In this document: positions 36,868 to 51,173 of the stretch, in pieces | Numbering within the stretch: position 1 is the stretch's first letter | Layout of the letters: each line of letters opens with the position of its first letter | Assembly (NCBI GenBank): GCA_904063045.1 | Contig: CAJFCJ010000046.1 | Span: forward strand, 240,892 to 304,891 | Reading direction: 5' to 3' | DNA from: Dimorphilus gyrociliatus | Lineage: Eukaryota > Animalia > Annelida | Length of the DNA: 64,000 nt | Translations under genes and position numbers: made by a program | Notes under the pieces: model-generated | The model's database searches: none | Told to the model about the DNA's origin: nothing | What the model saw: the letters and a program-made list of their open reading frames with translations, nothing else

Positions 36868-38829
36868 ATGAAATTCTTAACTACATTTTTAATATGTAAA
36901 TATTGAATGCATTTTTTATTCTTTCTGTCTCTCTATCTCTCTGTTTTTCTTTCTCTCTCTCTAACAGTTAAAACACTAATTGAATGGAACAACTCACAGT
37001 TTGCTTGTCCATTTGACTCTGAATTAAAACCAATTGATAGCTCATATCCAGATCCAGAAAACTGTGGAATTTATTATCATTGTATCAATGGTACTGCACA
37101 TCCACAGCAATGTCCACCTGGACTTTTATTTACCGTTTCCATAACAAACTGTAAATATTCCCTATGTGTTGAACCACATCAAGCTGACTGTCTTGGAGGA
37201 ACTTTGTCTTCAGCAATAATGGAATCAGACATTGCTATGGAATGTTCAAAGGATGACATCAACACTTCTGAAAAGACTTGTTACATTAACAATGATGATT
37301 GTGAAGGAGGTCAGAATGGAACATTTCCAAATAAAAATGATTGTCGACAATACTATCATTGTTATAATGGAGTTGCCTGGCCTCAGCAATGTCCCATAGG
37401 CTACTTTTTTAGTCCATCATTAAATATTCGTGATTGTACAACTAGAATTTGTGTTACAGCAGAAGAATCTAAATGTCCAGTAAAGGGTGGATGGTCTGAA
37501 TGGTCAAGTTGGAGTAATTGCAATCCACAATGTGGAGATGGATTACGAACCCGAACAAGAAGTTGTACAAATCCTCCACCATCCAATGGAGGAGAGAAAT
37601 GTGAAGGAAGTTCAGTTGATATAGATTTATGCTCAAATCTTCCATGTAATTTAAATACAAATCCAGCATTCATGGTATCGTTGACAAGAACAACATCAGT
37701 TGGAAGGGGAAAGGTCTTTTGGCATAAAGTAAACCATAACAATGGAAATCTGTTTAATACAACTACTAATACACTAAATATTGAAAAAAATGGTTTCTAT
37801 TTTCTTTCAACAACTGGTACTAAAGAACTATCAAATATAAAACATTTCTATATGGACTCATTGAATCTTGGAAGAAAAATAGGCCTACATCAAATGGACA
37901 GCTCTGTGAAAGGTACATTCAGTAGATCAGGAATCATTGCACTAAGAGCCCTTTATCCTGAACATTACATTCAATTTTATTTTGAAACTGTAGCTGTAAG
38001 CAGTGAAGATGGTTTTGAAACATCTTGGTCAGGTTTTAGGTGTGAAGCAAACAATGTATTCTTTGCTGGTCCAATGTCTGATTTCAATATAGTAGGACAA
38101 AAAATTCGACTTAATCAAATTGTTTTACTGTCTGGTGTCACTCTTACTCAGGGCCAAAAAGATATAATAGTATCATCAGCTGGATGGTATTTTATCAACT
38201 TTGGTGCTGGATTTGTAAATAGAATGTCTTGCATAGTAAGCATAACATTAAATGGCGAATCTGTATCTCATGAGAGATCTTTAGCAAAAAATCATGGGAA
38301 TTCCCTATACTCTCAAGCATCTAGGGGTATAATTGTTCAATTGAATGCAAATGACAGGATATCACTAAAATTGCATTTAGGCATTGCAAGGTCAGGAAAT
38401 ATGAACACTTATATAGCTGGATTTAAATTAAATGCTACTGAGCAAAGTCCTGCATTCTATGCATATAGAACTGATGATGTAATAATAGTATCTAGGGCAA
38501 AGATAGCCTTTAATGCAATTGTCATTGACACAAATTCTGGTTGGAATTCTTCAGAAAATGTTTATAAGGTTGCAATTTCTGGACTCTATCATATTGACGT
38601 GTCTGTTGGAATATGGCCAAATTCACATTCTATAATATATATTATGGTAAACAATGAACAAAGATTAGGTATGAGAAGAGTGAAATTAACACCAAGCTAT
38701 GAAATAATGAGCAGAGTAGGTTTATTGAGATTGAAAGTGAATGATAGAGTATCCATAGAGACAAGTACTAATTTACATAGCAGTGATTGGAAATTAACAT
38801 CATTGTCTTTGTTTTATGTTTCTTCTTAA
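36868..38829 (+). CDS. Secreted protein: 2x chitin-binding peritrophin-A (CBM14), TSP1, 3x C1q-like domains; intron 36896-36967
   Basis: Exon 1 MKFLTTFLI splices in frame into FKTLIEW. CBM14 motifs YPDPENCGIYYHC..CPPGLLF and FPNKNDCRQYYHC..CPIGYFF; TSP1 GGWSEWSSWSNC..CGDG.RTRTRSC; three C1q-like units (PAFMV, GWYFINF, PAFYAY..GLYHIDV). Confidence 0.9.
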
Positions 38830-40329
38830 AAAAATATATCTTTTCTGCTTTTTTCTAATTGTATCTAATTTGTACTGGCGAGGAAGCTTCTTATGATGTC
38901 TGGCTGCAGTAGACTAGTTCAATTGATCAATTCCTGTTTATTGTATTAAGCTCTCTAATTGGTAATAGGGAAAAAAACTTCTCCAATCACATAGTGATGT
39001 TTGGACGGTAAAAAACTAACCTTGGTGTTTTTATGAATTGTTCCTGTTCCATTTGAAAACATTCTATTTAATGTAGCAATATGGAACTAAAATCAGATTT
39101 TTGCTTGTAACTTTGTTGTAACCAGAATGAATTAATAAATTCAAACATAAAAAACAGTGTTGTAAACATTCTTTTTTTTCTTGTTTCCGATAATATATAG
39201 GCCTTGTTTTTGGTTGGAGAATGTTATTTTTAGTTTACTCTTACTAAGTAGCTCTCAGGCAATCTAATAATGAATATTTTTCAAAGCACAAGTAGGCTTA
39301 AAAAGTATATTACACGGCTGTGTAAGCATTTTCTTTAACATTCACCTATATGAATTGCTAGATGTCATTTTCCAACATCAAATTAGCTGATGAATATCCG
39401 GCTTAATTATAATGGCATTCTTTGCAGGATAATCAGATTTAGAGATTTTATAAAATAATAAGGAATAAGAATTGTCCTATCATAGAAAAGAGACAGAAAG
39501 AGAGGGAGAGAGAGATAGAGAAGAAACCATACAAACTTGCTGTATAATCTTCCAAGAAAACTAGGATTAATCTGTTTAGAAACAAATTGACAGGTTATAA
39601 CAAGTCTAGTGTCTAGGTTACCCAGTCAATTTTAAAACACATAAACTGTCAAACATGACTGATACCTTCATTTCTTCCACTATGCAAAAATTCAGCAAAA
39701 TAGTTTTGTCTACAGCACTATTGCATGCTGTTTGTTGTGAACAATCTCACAAGTTAGTTCTATATCCATCTTCCATCAAATTTACATCTCTTCTAAGTGG
39801 CTAACTCCTAATTCGGTTCTATTTGGACAAGTACTTACCTACAACCCAACAGCAGGAAAGTACAATGACCAATATGTGGATTTGTTTAGGTCTATAGAAA
39901 TATTCAATTTCATATACAAAAGCTGGTATCTGGTAAAAGGTCAAGGAGAAGTGACGAGCAACCATGATTTTGTGAATGATGTGTTGATATATCATATAAT
40001 ACAGAGAGTGTCAACTCTGAATAATCTCTCATAGGCTAAATGCTAACAGATAAATCAAAATCATTGCAGAGATTACCCAACTATAAAAAGAATGAAATTT
40101 ATCAGAATGATTCTAAATTTTGAAATTTTGAAATGCAGTCTTTCCATTCCCTAAATAACAGAAAAGAATCAAAAAGATATGTGTAACAATTACTTAATAG
40201 CCAAATAAATGTAGGCTTAAGATCATCTTTCTCTTATCATTTATCTCTGATAGTAAATTGGCTATACTTGCAAAATACTTTGGAGAGTTTATGGAGAAGA
40301 TAAGAGGGGAATAAAAGAGAGAAGTTTAG

Positions 40330-40411
40330 CGCAGTCGACAGGATTCGAACCTGTGCGGGCAGAGCCCAATAGATTTCTAGTCTATCGCCTTAACCACTCG
40401 GCCACGACTGC
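40330..40411 (-). tRNA. tRNA-Ser-AGA: tRNA-Ser (anticodon AGA), 82 nt
   Basis: GCAGTCGTGGCCGAGTGGTTAAGGCGATAGACTAGAAATCTATTGGGCTCTGCCCGCACAGGTTCGAATCCTGTCGACTGCG has A/B boxes, a long variable arm and anticodon loop CTAGAAA. Confidence 0.97.
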
Positions 40412-40956
40412 TTTACAATAAAAACAGGAAGTAACTGCCTGTCACTAAGTAAATGTAACAAAACAGTAGATTTTCTCTTATCTTCTTTACTCATGTTACA
40501 CCTTGTTCAAAACTATTATACTCTTTCACTCTTTTTCTCTTATTTTTCCCTCCCTTTCTCTTCTTCTCTCTCTCTCTCTCTCTCTCTCTTTATCCTCCTG
40601 TCCCTCCCATTTATTTTTAAACAAGGAAGTATAAAAAAGGAGAATAAAATACTTTGAACTGCTGAGAAAAAACAACAAAGCATATTGTGAAAAGGATTAT
40701 TATAAAGCTATGTAGGAATTTTAACAATCACGTGACCTACTAGGCCACTCTTCCCATAGTTAATAGTTTGACACTATTGAAGAACAATATTGACAATAGG
40801 CCTTCAAAAGTTGATTTTATTTAATCTTAAAAAGAATATTATAAGTAAACAATTGTTAAATGTATGCATAACAGAGATTATAGTCCTTCTTTACCTGTCT
40901 GCCCTACCCAAATAAAAATTCTTCTTCTTTTATCAGTTATTCTCTTTTTCTCCCTT

Positions 40957-41871
40957 TCAATATCTAAACAATCTGAACACAGGGTATTGCTCTTGATTTT
41001 GCAGATGGTACTGTTGTTGTTGTTGTTGTTGTTGTTTTTGTTGTGAATGGTAGTTGTCGTACTGATGATGCGGATGCAATTGTAGAGCCTCCTTTTGATG
41101 TTGATAAATTTGGTGAAAATTAGACGGGTTTATATTCAATTGATTTGGGTAGTTTCTATTAGAGATATACTCGTCACTTAGGGCTCTATAATCATATCCT
41201 TTTGGATAATGATTCCTCATATTTCTATTTTCTTCATTATAGTCGACGCTATAATCATCTGAGTTGGTTACTATCGATTCGTCATCATCGTCTTCCTGAT
41301 GAAAAGCTCTAAACGAGAATATTGCGTTAAGAATCGCCAAAGCGCTTGTCATGCAAGCCATATAGAAGGCGACGTGAAACTGTCCATCCTCTCCAATGAT
41401 ATTACTCAGGAAGAGAGCCCAAGCAATAATTGAAGCCAACGAGCAGAGTATGGAAAACCATCCTATTATTTGCTTGTTCAACGGATAAGATAGACTTTTG
41501 GTTAGTTGAGAAATTATACAAGAAAACCATGCTATTACTATGGAAACTGCTGAGCCAATAAACAAGCTTTTCGTCGCTCTGAACCAATCATCTACAAATG
41601 ATCTTTGATTAGTATCACTACGTTCTTCTATCTCTGAACTAAACTAACCTGAAGAATATTTAAAATTTGATGAATCAATACTCTCGCAGCGCATTGATTT
41701 GTTAACCGTGTTACATATCTTAAACAATCCTATTTCAATGGTTCCTTGATTCGTACTCTCGAATTTAAACCAACTGTTTAATCCAATAGCCATACCACTA
41801 AGGGCAATATTCACTGGTAGTCCAATGAACAAGAGAACTTTAATTGTTACTGGCTGTCTATCAAATGCCAT
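40957..41871 (-). CDS. Claudin/PMP22-family tetraspan protein with poly-Q tail; intron 41648-41592
   Basis: Four TM segments; ECL1 W..GLFKIC......C signature; a 57-nt GT..AG intron joins SS|DDWFRATK in frame. Confidence 0.85.
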
Positions 41872-42918
41872 TCTCGTATCCTGCACAAACTGTAGCCAAT
41901 CACACAGCCAGAGTAGGAGAGAGAGACAGAGAAACAGACAGGGAGACAGACAGAGAGAGAGAGAGAGAGAGAGAGAGCAGAGAAAGAGGGAGGGGGTAAG
42001 AAAAAAAGGTAACTACAGTTTCCGCTTATTTTAAGCAATCAATATCTATAAATCCTATAAGAATGGGGCTGGCAATGATAGGCCAAAGATAGCAAATAAT
42101 TTTTTTCACTACCTCCACCACCACCACCAGCATACTACTTGTACAAAATATTATGGAAAGCAATTTTTATTTCTCTTTACAAACACTTTAAAGATGTTTG
42201 TCAACATTTTTAACAAATAGATAATAGGACAAACTATCAATTAGGTCAATGAAACAAATAATATCACTGTTGAGTAGGCTAAAAGCATAATGATCTATAA
42301 CAAATAATAAAGACACTTCATCTTTTCAGTTCCAACCGTTGTAACAGTCTTTTCAAAGTGTTTCCGTATGAATAAATGTCTTCCTTGTCAGCGTTATCTT
42401 GCAATCCTCCAATGTCAATCATTGACAATATCCATATTCTCTTTTTACTCTTCCTGTCCTAAAGAAAAAAAACAATATCTATTTTTAACTGGGTCTTTCA
42501 TTTCATATTCAAACAAGAGTTCTATCATCCAACCTGAAAAAATATGGCGTCTAATGAGATTTTACCCATCAGCACAAAATCGAGTGAATGACAAAATGTT
42601 ACTGCTGTTATTACATTTCTAGAAATTTCTAGAATATTATTAATTGTTAAACTCAATAGAGAATTCTTGTAATCTGCTAAACTGTTCAAAGGTTTGTAGA
42701 CACAGAGAAAATTCTTGTTCATTTCACTCATAAAAGTACAATCTATAAGACAAACATTTCATTTTAAATTTGAAAAAATTGTTTGACAAACATTTTAAAT
42801 ATTCAAAAAAAAAAGAATTCTCACTTTTTTCCAAATGTTTATTTACAACCATTTTCAAATGTTGCTCACTGAAAAAGAATTATCTTTCTCGCTCTGTTTT
42901 TCTTTCTCTTTTGTATTT

Positions 42919-45900
42919 TTAAAATTTTAATACTAAGACAAACTTTTTAATTTTCTTCCTATTCAAACTCATTATGACAAACTCTTTTATATCGTTAAAA
43001 GTGTAGAGAAATGGATTAATAACAGAATTCATTGGTAAGACAACAATGACAATTGCAGTATACAATTCTTTGGATATAACTAAATTGAAAAATGCTGAAT
43101 ACATTCCTGGTAACAAAATTTTTTTTTTTTAAAAAAAATTCCAAATTTTTATGACAAACAAACCTAAAAATGAAATTGGAAACCAACACAAAACGTTTGT
43201 TATAACAATTAAAAATGCTTTTAATTTTATCTTTTTCTGTTGAGTTTTAAATTTAGATTTTCCAAGAAGATTTTTAGATTCCAATGTTTTTTTCCAAATT
43301 ATAAAATAAAGAAGACAAATTACTAGACAAACAATACTTATGAAACAGCCAAACAATAGAAATGAATAAAACCATCCCTCCTTCTTTTCGCTGGAAATAT
43401 GCAGCGTAAAACATATTGAACTCTTCGAGTAGTAATCCTGTAAAAATTCAATTTGAGCTCATTTCTAATCTACTTCCGGTTTTTTTTAAATAATAAAAGT
43501 ATTCAAACACTATAAATGATAAGAGGTAGAATAGAAAATAGACTTGATAGGCAAACTATGACAAACATAACAATGAGTAATGTCAAAGCTGATTGAAAAA
43601 TCTTTAACCAAGGATAAATGATTATCTGAAATCTTTCAATTGTTATAAATAATAGACTAAGTGCAGATAGAAGAATTGAAAAACTGCAAAATAGTCCAAC
43701 AATTGAACAAGTTAAACTTTTCCTCCATTTAAAATCATTTTCAATATAATCTCCTTTAAACGTTAAATCTGCAATTCCAATTGAAATAAAATAGGCTGAA
43801 GTGATAAAATCCGAAAATGCTAAACTAAGATTGAAGACATTCAATCTTTTCTCGGTGATAAAAATTCCAAATATTAATGACGTAATATTTTCAAAAAATG
43901 CTAAACAACTGAATATCCATAATAGAACTCTTAATAGTTTGGATTCTAGGAGATCGGCACAAGAATTGAACAAGGATGTACTAGGTTGACAATCTTCTAT
44001 TTTCTTGGCATATTTCCAAGCAAAGCAGCATAATTCGAAATAATTACTGTTCAAATTCTGTAGATTATTCAAATACTGCACATAGTATTTACCAATACTC
44101 ATATCGATAACTGAATGCTCTAGTGAAAGATTTTCCAATTTGAAAAGATACGAAAATGACTGTTTGTCAACTGCTTTTATACGACAATAACTTAAATCTA
44201 AATGTCGAAGATTATATGAATTATTGAAAATATTCTTTGAAAGTTTTGTAATGTTTGTCCTTGACAGATCCAACAGAATCAAATTTTTAAACCAACCAAA
44301 TGAAAATTCAATGTGTAAGACGATACTATTTTTACGAAGAATGAGAATTTGTAAAAGTTTTAACAGATTGCTATTGAAATCTTGAAATGATATTGCAACA
44401 TTCCTGGTCAAGTTGAGTACTATCAAATTGGGAAATTTCATCGCAATATCAATTAGTCTGATCCTACTCTTAGCAATTTTCAAATAGGATAGACAGAAAT
44501 AGGTTCTACGAAAAAGTAGGTCAGAAGTAACATTATAGTTTAAGGCATAAAGATTCTTCCAAAATAATTGTCCAGTTACGTTAAAGCGTTGCGTTGTTGG
44601 CTTTTTAAAATTACATTCTATAGAATAGAAATTCTGACAAATGCAATTGTCAGGGCAGAATTTTGAAGTATTGCAGTACAATTCGTCACTTCCCTTCAGA
44701 CAGTCAACAATCTCATTACAAACATCTGAGAGAAGAATGAAATATCTCTCTTCTCTACATTTGAAATATCCTCTAGGTAGAAAATTTCCTATTATGTGGA
44801 AATATGGGGAATGTATTCATTTTGAAAGAAAAATTCCAAGGTTAAAGAAGGTCAACAAACCGCAATCAATTTCATCGTCGTACTCATCGCAATGTACAAC
44901 TCCATCGCAAACTTGCTTAATTGATATACAATAATGCTGATTTCTACACAAATACTCACCAATATTGCAGTTGTTAATTTTGCAGTCGTTTAAAGTCATA
45001 TACGGATAGTGAACCTTATTTAATAGAATTCCTGTCGAATCGTATTCTATCCTGCAATTTATCATACTCCTGAACACATCTTCGTGTACACGGTTGCAGA
45101 ATTGAACAGAATTTTCAATTTGAAATCTTTTATAGCAAGATTCAATGCTTTCGTCATTTCCATCCATACAATCATTTTGAAAATCGCACAGTTTTTGTGT
45201 AGGAATACATTTTCCATCGCAAAAATGAAATTGTTTGTCATTACTGCAATCTTTTAACCCAAAACCGCAAAAGCGTTAAGGTAAATTCAGTATTTTGAAA
45301 AAAAGAATAGTAATTACTTTGAATTTTAATTTTTTCAAATATATTTAGTTTTCCATCTATCGAACAGATTTCGTCACTTCCGTCTATACAATTGATATTG
45401 CTGTTGCAGAATTTCTCCGTCTCTAAGCATTCTTTATTCTTGCAGCTGTTGTTGTTGTTTTTTTTTTGGAAGTAGATGGGTTTGTTTGTTTGTTTTAAAA
45501 TGTTTGTCTAACCTTTGACCTCGGAGACAGACTTCCCTTTCTGGGGAATGGAAAGAGAAATAAAAAAGAATATAGTTCATTGATCTCCTCATTGATTTAA
45601 AATGTAATTAAACCGCAATTGTTCTCATCATTTCCGTTGGGACAATTTGGAATATGATCGCACACGAGTTTGTAATTAATTCTTATACCATCAACTCCAC
45701 AATCATACTCTTCGAAAAATGGACAATTATCCTCATCCTCACCGGAAATACAATCTTTCTGGCCATCACACTGATAAATTCTATTAATACAAATATTATC
45801 CACTAAACAATGGAATAGAGTATGAGAGCACGTGACCATGGAATTATTGATATCTAGTTGTCGATTTAAAGATGACTGATGATCTATCTTCTTTTTAGTA

Positions 45901-48820
45901 TTAACTATTGATAAATGTAATTATTATTATCAGGTTGAATTGGTGTTTTTGAGTAAAATCTCACCTGCAAAACTTTTGCAGTGTACTACTCTTATAGCCT
46001 TCAAGTTACACTCTAATGGATCAATATTATAAGGTTTTTCAATTCTTGGTCTACCAAGATAAATTACTTGAAATTGTATGGCTATAGGTTGATAATAGAA
46101 GCATGAAGTTAATTTCGAAACAATTGGCCTATGTTGTCCATAAGTTGTCACTCTCCCGCAAATACTTAGAGTACTATAAGTAGTTCATATAAATATAGAA
46201 GAACATATTATATCATAAATACTTTGCTTGAAATGAGGTAAACTCGAATGGTTTACCATCTAGATGAATATTAACAGAATTCTTTCTCCTATCTTCTATC
46301 CTCTTCAATTCTGTTGAGAATATATAATCCGACAAATATTTAAATCAATTTTTCTAGTTATTTTCTGTAATATACTTCCTGGAAAGCGTAGATTTTTTCT
46401 AATCATTAGAGTAGTATCAAGATCACTTTTACTAAGAATAGACATTTGTCTTATATCTTCAAGAATCATTAAAAATTCAAAATTTTTAAAAGAGATGTAT
46501 GCTAATGAGCTATTTTTCATATTGCATAATTCTTCACTCTGATCAATTGATATTTTTTTCTTTGAATGAATTAACAAATAGCAATACTGATAATAGAGGA
46601 ATGCAGATGGATTTTGGCATTCTTACAAAGAAAAAAAAATCAAATGAATTTTATCATTTTTTGTTTCTTTTTGGTTTTGGTAGAACAAAAATCTAGTTTG
46701 TTTGTCAAAATACTAACAAACTTGAATAAATGTTCCATAAAAATGGATTTAAATCTCCATTTTTTGTAAAGATTTACCTTTTCCTTCATTACTACATTCA
46801 ATGGTTATTAATGGTGAGCTTTCAGTTCTTATCATTTTGTATTTATTATCAAAGTTGGATGCTAATACTTCTTTATTTATTGAAAATGAACAGTTTGGTC
46901 TATTTTCCAAATGTTTGCAATTCATCTTTGCAGAGAAAAATACGAAATAATTTGTCTTTTTTTCAAATTTATATATTTTGCCATATTTAAAACCAAATGT
47001 CTTGCAAAGGTTTGTCAAATGCTCAACTTGAAATGTCTCATAAACAGGTTGATACCAAAAGTTATTGTAAAGTACTTGAACAATACCAATATAGTTTGTG
47101 AAACTGTGCTCTGAACCATAATTTAAAATGTTACCTTGACCTTGATAAATTCTATAATGAAAATCTACAAAAAGATTTCTTTTAATGGAAAACAAAAAAA
47201 AGTTGTTGACAAACTTTTAAAAACATTTTCTTCACATGAAACAGAAAATGTATTGGCTATATAAAGCTGAGATCTCAATACACAGTATGACAAATTTAAA
47301 TAGGTCAGATTACAAGAATAAAGCCCCGTGGTAGTAAACTCTTTATGGTTGTGATTGATTGACAAACAATTTTTTCTCATAGCCGACATCTATTTTGTAA
47401 GAAAATTAATTCAAAAATTAAGATAAAAAACAAAATTGTCAAAATCTTGAGAGATATTTATCATTTCTCCATAGAGTTGAACATGTTATAAAATCCTTCC
47501 ACCCCTTCCTACATACTTTACCTCACCCAATTCCACCCTACCTCCCCCGCCATCAATATCTCTCTCATTCGAAAAATATGAAATTTTAGCTAATTACGTA
47601 ATTATAAGACTTGTATATTTTGTTTTCAATGCCAAGCACTCGTGAGGACAATTTGCACAATTGAACCATAAGTTTTATTGGCTCAATTGACTCTGAAAAT
47701 GATAGTGGCATGTGTCCAAACGTTCTGGAATATATTATATAAGTACTTCCAACAGGGAAGGTATCGTTAAAGAGAATCTTGTGAAATTCTTCTGGCATTA
47801 CTTCTATTAAAAAATCTGAAATTTGAAAAAATTTTAAACATTCTCTTTTTACCAGTTTTCTCCATATTTTTACCTTTAAATTGATGAAAACTGCAAAAAA
47901 TTTCTTTAAATTTATTTGAAAATTTCAAGAATTTTGAATATTTTAAAATTGTAAAATTAAGATTGGAAGAGAGAATCGTAAATGATTGACTATCAATATT
48001 TCTCCTATCATATTTATCTAAGAAGAATTCACTATTCTGGCAAAGAAATTCCATTTCCTCCTCTTTAGACGTTGTATTAATGTTTTGAAAGACTGCAAAT
48101 GTCTTCTTCCTGTATCTCATGTAAAGTACATAATTGTCATCTCTCCTTATTGCAAACAAATCTATGTTAAAGAGACGACAGTTAAAAGGGTTAACATGAT
48201 TTAATTTTCTTTTTTCTACTATCTATCTTCTCCTTACATTGTTGTTGTACTTTGAAACATTTTAAACAAAATAATTTTTTTGTATTATCGCTCTTTTCAA
48301 GTTTGTAACTACAAGAAAAAAAAATATTAAACTCATTTGTATTTCTTTTTAAAATAAAGACAAACAAAACAACTTACAGAAGAAATGAATATTTTGAAAC
48401 TCCTAAAATAGCAGTCACATTTTCTGTTCAAAAAACAAATAAAAAGCAAACAATAAGCGTGTTTTGTTTGTCAAATGTTGCAGAAAAAATACCATTAGAT
48501 TGTTTGCAGATTTCAGACACAAAATGTATTTTATCATAACCCATTAGAGAGCAAATAGTCTTTATACTATTCATTGGAATAGTGAAATCATAGGCAAGAT
48601 ATTCTATTTGATTTTCTGACAATATTCTAGCATTTAATTTTCCATAAATAGACACTTGATTCTCTTCAATTGGCTTTAATGAAAATTTGAACATACTGTC
48701 ATTGAAAACTTGAGAGTTAATTGGTTTAACAAATGAACAATCTCCATTTCGAATTCTGTATTCTAAAGATATTTGACAAACATGTAATGAGAAAAGGAAA
48801 AAAATATTTAAAAATGACAT
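42919..48820 (-). CDS. Multi-exon GRL101/RXFP-like GPCR (large ectodomain, several LDLa, LRRs, 7TM); exon boundaries only partly resolved
   Basis: Signal peptide at 48820; SRCR-like ICSLMGY and LCKTFGFKYG blocks; LDLa repeats (CDGQKDCISGEDEDNC, VCDGVVHCDEYDDEIDC); LRR+TM1-4 at 44681-43503 with LCCFA, WRKSLTC and ITIERF; TM6 TNVLCWFPI; TM7 LPMNSVINPFLYT. Confidence 0.85.
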
Positions 48821-50024
48821 AACGTCAATAAAACTGTGACAAACTGACTACAAAAGTTTTCCTTTTATGACAAACAAGACAATAATAGACATTTACTTTA
48901 AGAAAATTTGAGATTTTATTAATTCTTTTTTCTCATTTACAGAATTTAATTACGTACTATAGTTTCATAGATAAGTTGAAGAGAGAGTGAAATCAATCTT
49001 CCACTTCCGGTCACACTTCTTCATCATATAACACCGAGTATTTTTTGTAAATGGGAAATTTTACTCTACTCAAAAGGTGAATATTGATTATAATATCATG
49101 TGAAACATTATTTCCAAAATTTCTTTAATGAATCTGATCAATGAGATAAACTGATAAGTAAAGTATTCAAATTATTAGAAATAGACAGAGTACATCGATT
49201 TAGAGTCAATTGAATTTGAAAATTTCCGCAGTGTCAACTTGATAGCACTATTGGAGAAGTTGTTGGTGAGGGCAATTAGTAAACAATCTCAATTAAGAAT
49301 CTTTCTCTATTTGATAATCCATTTGGATCAAAAATTGGAAAAAATATATTTGAAATGATTAGAGACAACTGTAAATCTTTGCCGATAATAAGAATTTCAT
49401 TGTTGGTGCAACAAAGTTACAAAATCTATAAAATAAAACAACAGAAATTTCAGGAACATGTGTAAGTAAACGTGATAACTACTCTACAGCAAGGGTACTT
49501 ATTGATGTTAAAAGAAAGATATAAATATATAGGGTGACAGGTGAAACCGTACCCATTGGTGATGAATCTCTTGCTATGACCAAGTAAAACTGTTGATACT
49601 TTTGGAAATAATTGAAGAGATATTATACTATATGTTAACTAAAGAAAAGAATAGATAATAGCAACTATGGAGGATAAATATAAGAAGTCTGGATTAATAA
49701 TTCATCAGCTAATATCCTTCCAAGCCTATAATCATCCCAGATTTCAAAGATTTTCTTCTCTGTATCACCATATTTTTTTCTCTGATATTTGATAATCTTC
49801 TTCTAGAAGAGAAGTTTTTCATAAATACAAACCAAATCACTCTCTCTTTTCAATTCATCAATCAACACCTAGAATGATCCTTTTGATTGTACTTTATTAT
49901 TCATTCTATTGTGCCATTCTTCCATACTATTATTAGTCCTTATTGATAATCCAAAAATTGACCAATTCAATGGTTTCCAAGTAGTATTCAAAATCCAATT
50001 CACTTCACCTTTTCAAAGGGGTCA

Positions 50025-50080
50025 GGACATTTTGGCCCACTTTTGGACATTTCGGCCCATTTCGGACATTTCGGCCCATT
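50025..50080. repeat. Three tandem 19-20-bp units GGACATTT(C/T)GGCCCA(C/T)TT, probably a transposon subterminal array
   Basis: Units start at 50025, 50045 and 50064 and are preceded by GGGGTCA, which resembles the MITE-A terminus. Confidence 0.6.
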
Positions 50081-50329
50081 CTAATGCAATCATAGAAAAA
50101 GCATTGTGCCTCACTTGAAGATAGGTTTAGTGCATAATAATTGATAAATTAAAAGTGATTAAAATACTGAAATATCTCAAACCTGAAGTACAGCAATCAA
50201 ACAGTTTTTCTTCTTGCTACTCATCAAAATATAGATCAATGGAACCTGTTCATATTCATCATGTTTTTTCAAGAATCAATCAATTGAAAAGAGTGGATAA
50301 AATGGATCTCTGACAGCTTTAAATGTTGC

Positions 50330-50785
50330 ATCAATGAACAAAATTTACCCTCATCAGTAAAAATAACCCTAGACCAGTCTAGATTTTCGCTAATAACTTT
50401 GAGGCAGTACACTTTTCTGTGTTTACAGTCTTTGGAGGTGAGATCAGTTCTTTGTCTGACTCTTTTATATTTGAAATTTTGTCTTTTCAGCTCCCTCTGT
50501 ATTGTTCTTACGCTTACATCTACTTCTAATTCCTTTAATATCTTTGCTGCTGTCACTCTTTGCTTGTTATCTTTTAGTTTCTTTATAATTCTTTTCATCC
50601 TCGCTATCTCTCTGTTGGAAAGCTTCTTTTTTTTCTCCCCTATTGTCTTGTTCTGGCTGCTTGTACTTCAGTATGTTACTGACTGATGATGGTGCCATTC
50701 CTAAAACTCTTGCTGTTGCCCTTAATTTCCCTATTTCGCTAAATTTCTTAATTACCAAATCCCTTATATCTTGACACCAAACCAT
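50330..50785 (-). mobile_element. Tc1-like transposase pseudogene (HTH to first catalytic Asp)
   Basis: RATARVLGMAPSSVSNIL, a frameshift, then VTAAKILKELEVDVSVRTIQREL...DWSRVIFTDEGKF; truncated afterwards. Confidence 0.85.
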
Positions 50786-51173
50786 AGTTAAAAAAATACA
50801 ATATAAATTATGTACAGTAATTTTGAATATTCAATAACTAATTAACTTAACTTAAAAAAGGAAAAAAGTTGAAAAATTTTTTGTTTGAGACGTCTATTTG
50901 AATGTCAAACCGGATGTCAACTCAATGTTCCAATAAACATGTCGCGCGGCCAAATAAAGAAAAAACTTATGAAAATTATTAAAAATTTTTGCTAATAATG
51001 TTCACAAAATATTATCATTTTCTTAAATTTTTTTCAATATTATGTCAATTTAACTCTTTTTCTATATAAATTTAGACAAAAAATACTAATTTGCAGAGGA
51101 CAAACAATTTTAACCATTAATTAAAAATTGGCCTATCAAAATTTGTGGTGTCCATATATACATGTCGTCCACT

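Noticed and set aside
37401-37742. Antisense ORFs (37401-37742, 14735-15094, 25909-26193, 32592-32825, 50399-50686, 56217-56471 and similar)
   Set aside because: They are shadows of well-supported genes on the opposite strand with no recognisable motifs.
40562-41978. (CT)n near 40565, (TTG)n near 41012 and (AG)n near 41950 microsatellites
   Set aside because: Ordinary simple repeats; the TTG run is the poly-Q tail of the claudin-like gene.
49180-49300. Possible tyrosine-kinase subdomain I remnant (TIGEVVGEG then stop)
   Set aside because: No further kinase motifs (VAVK, HRD, DFG) found nearby.
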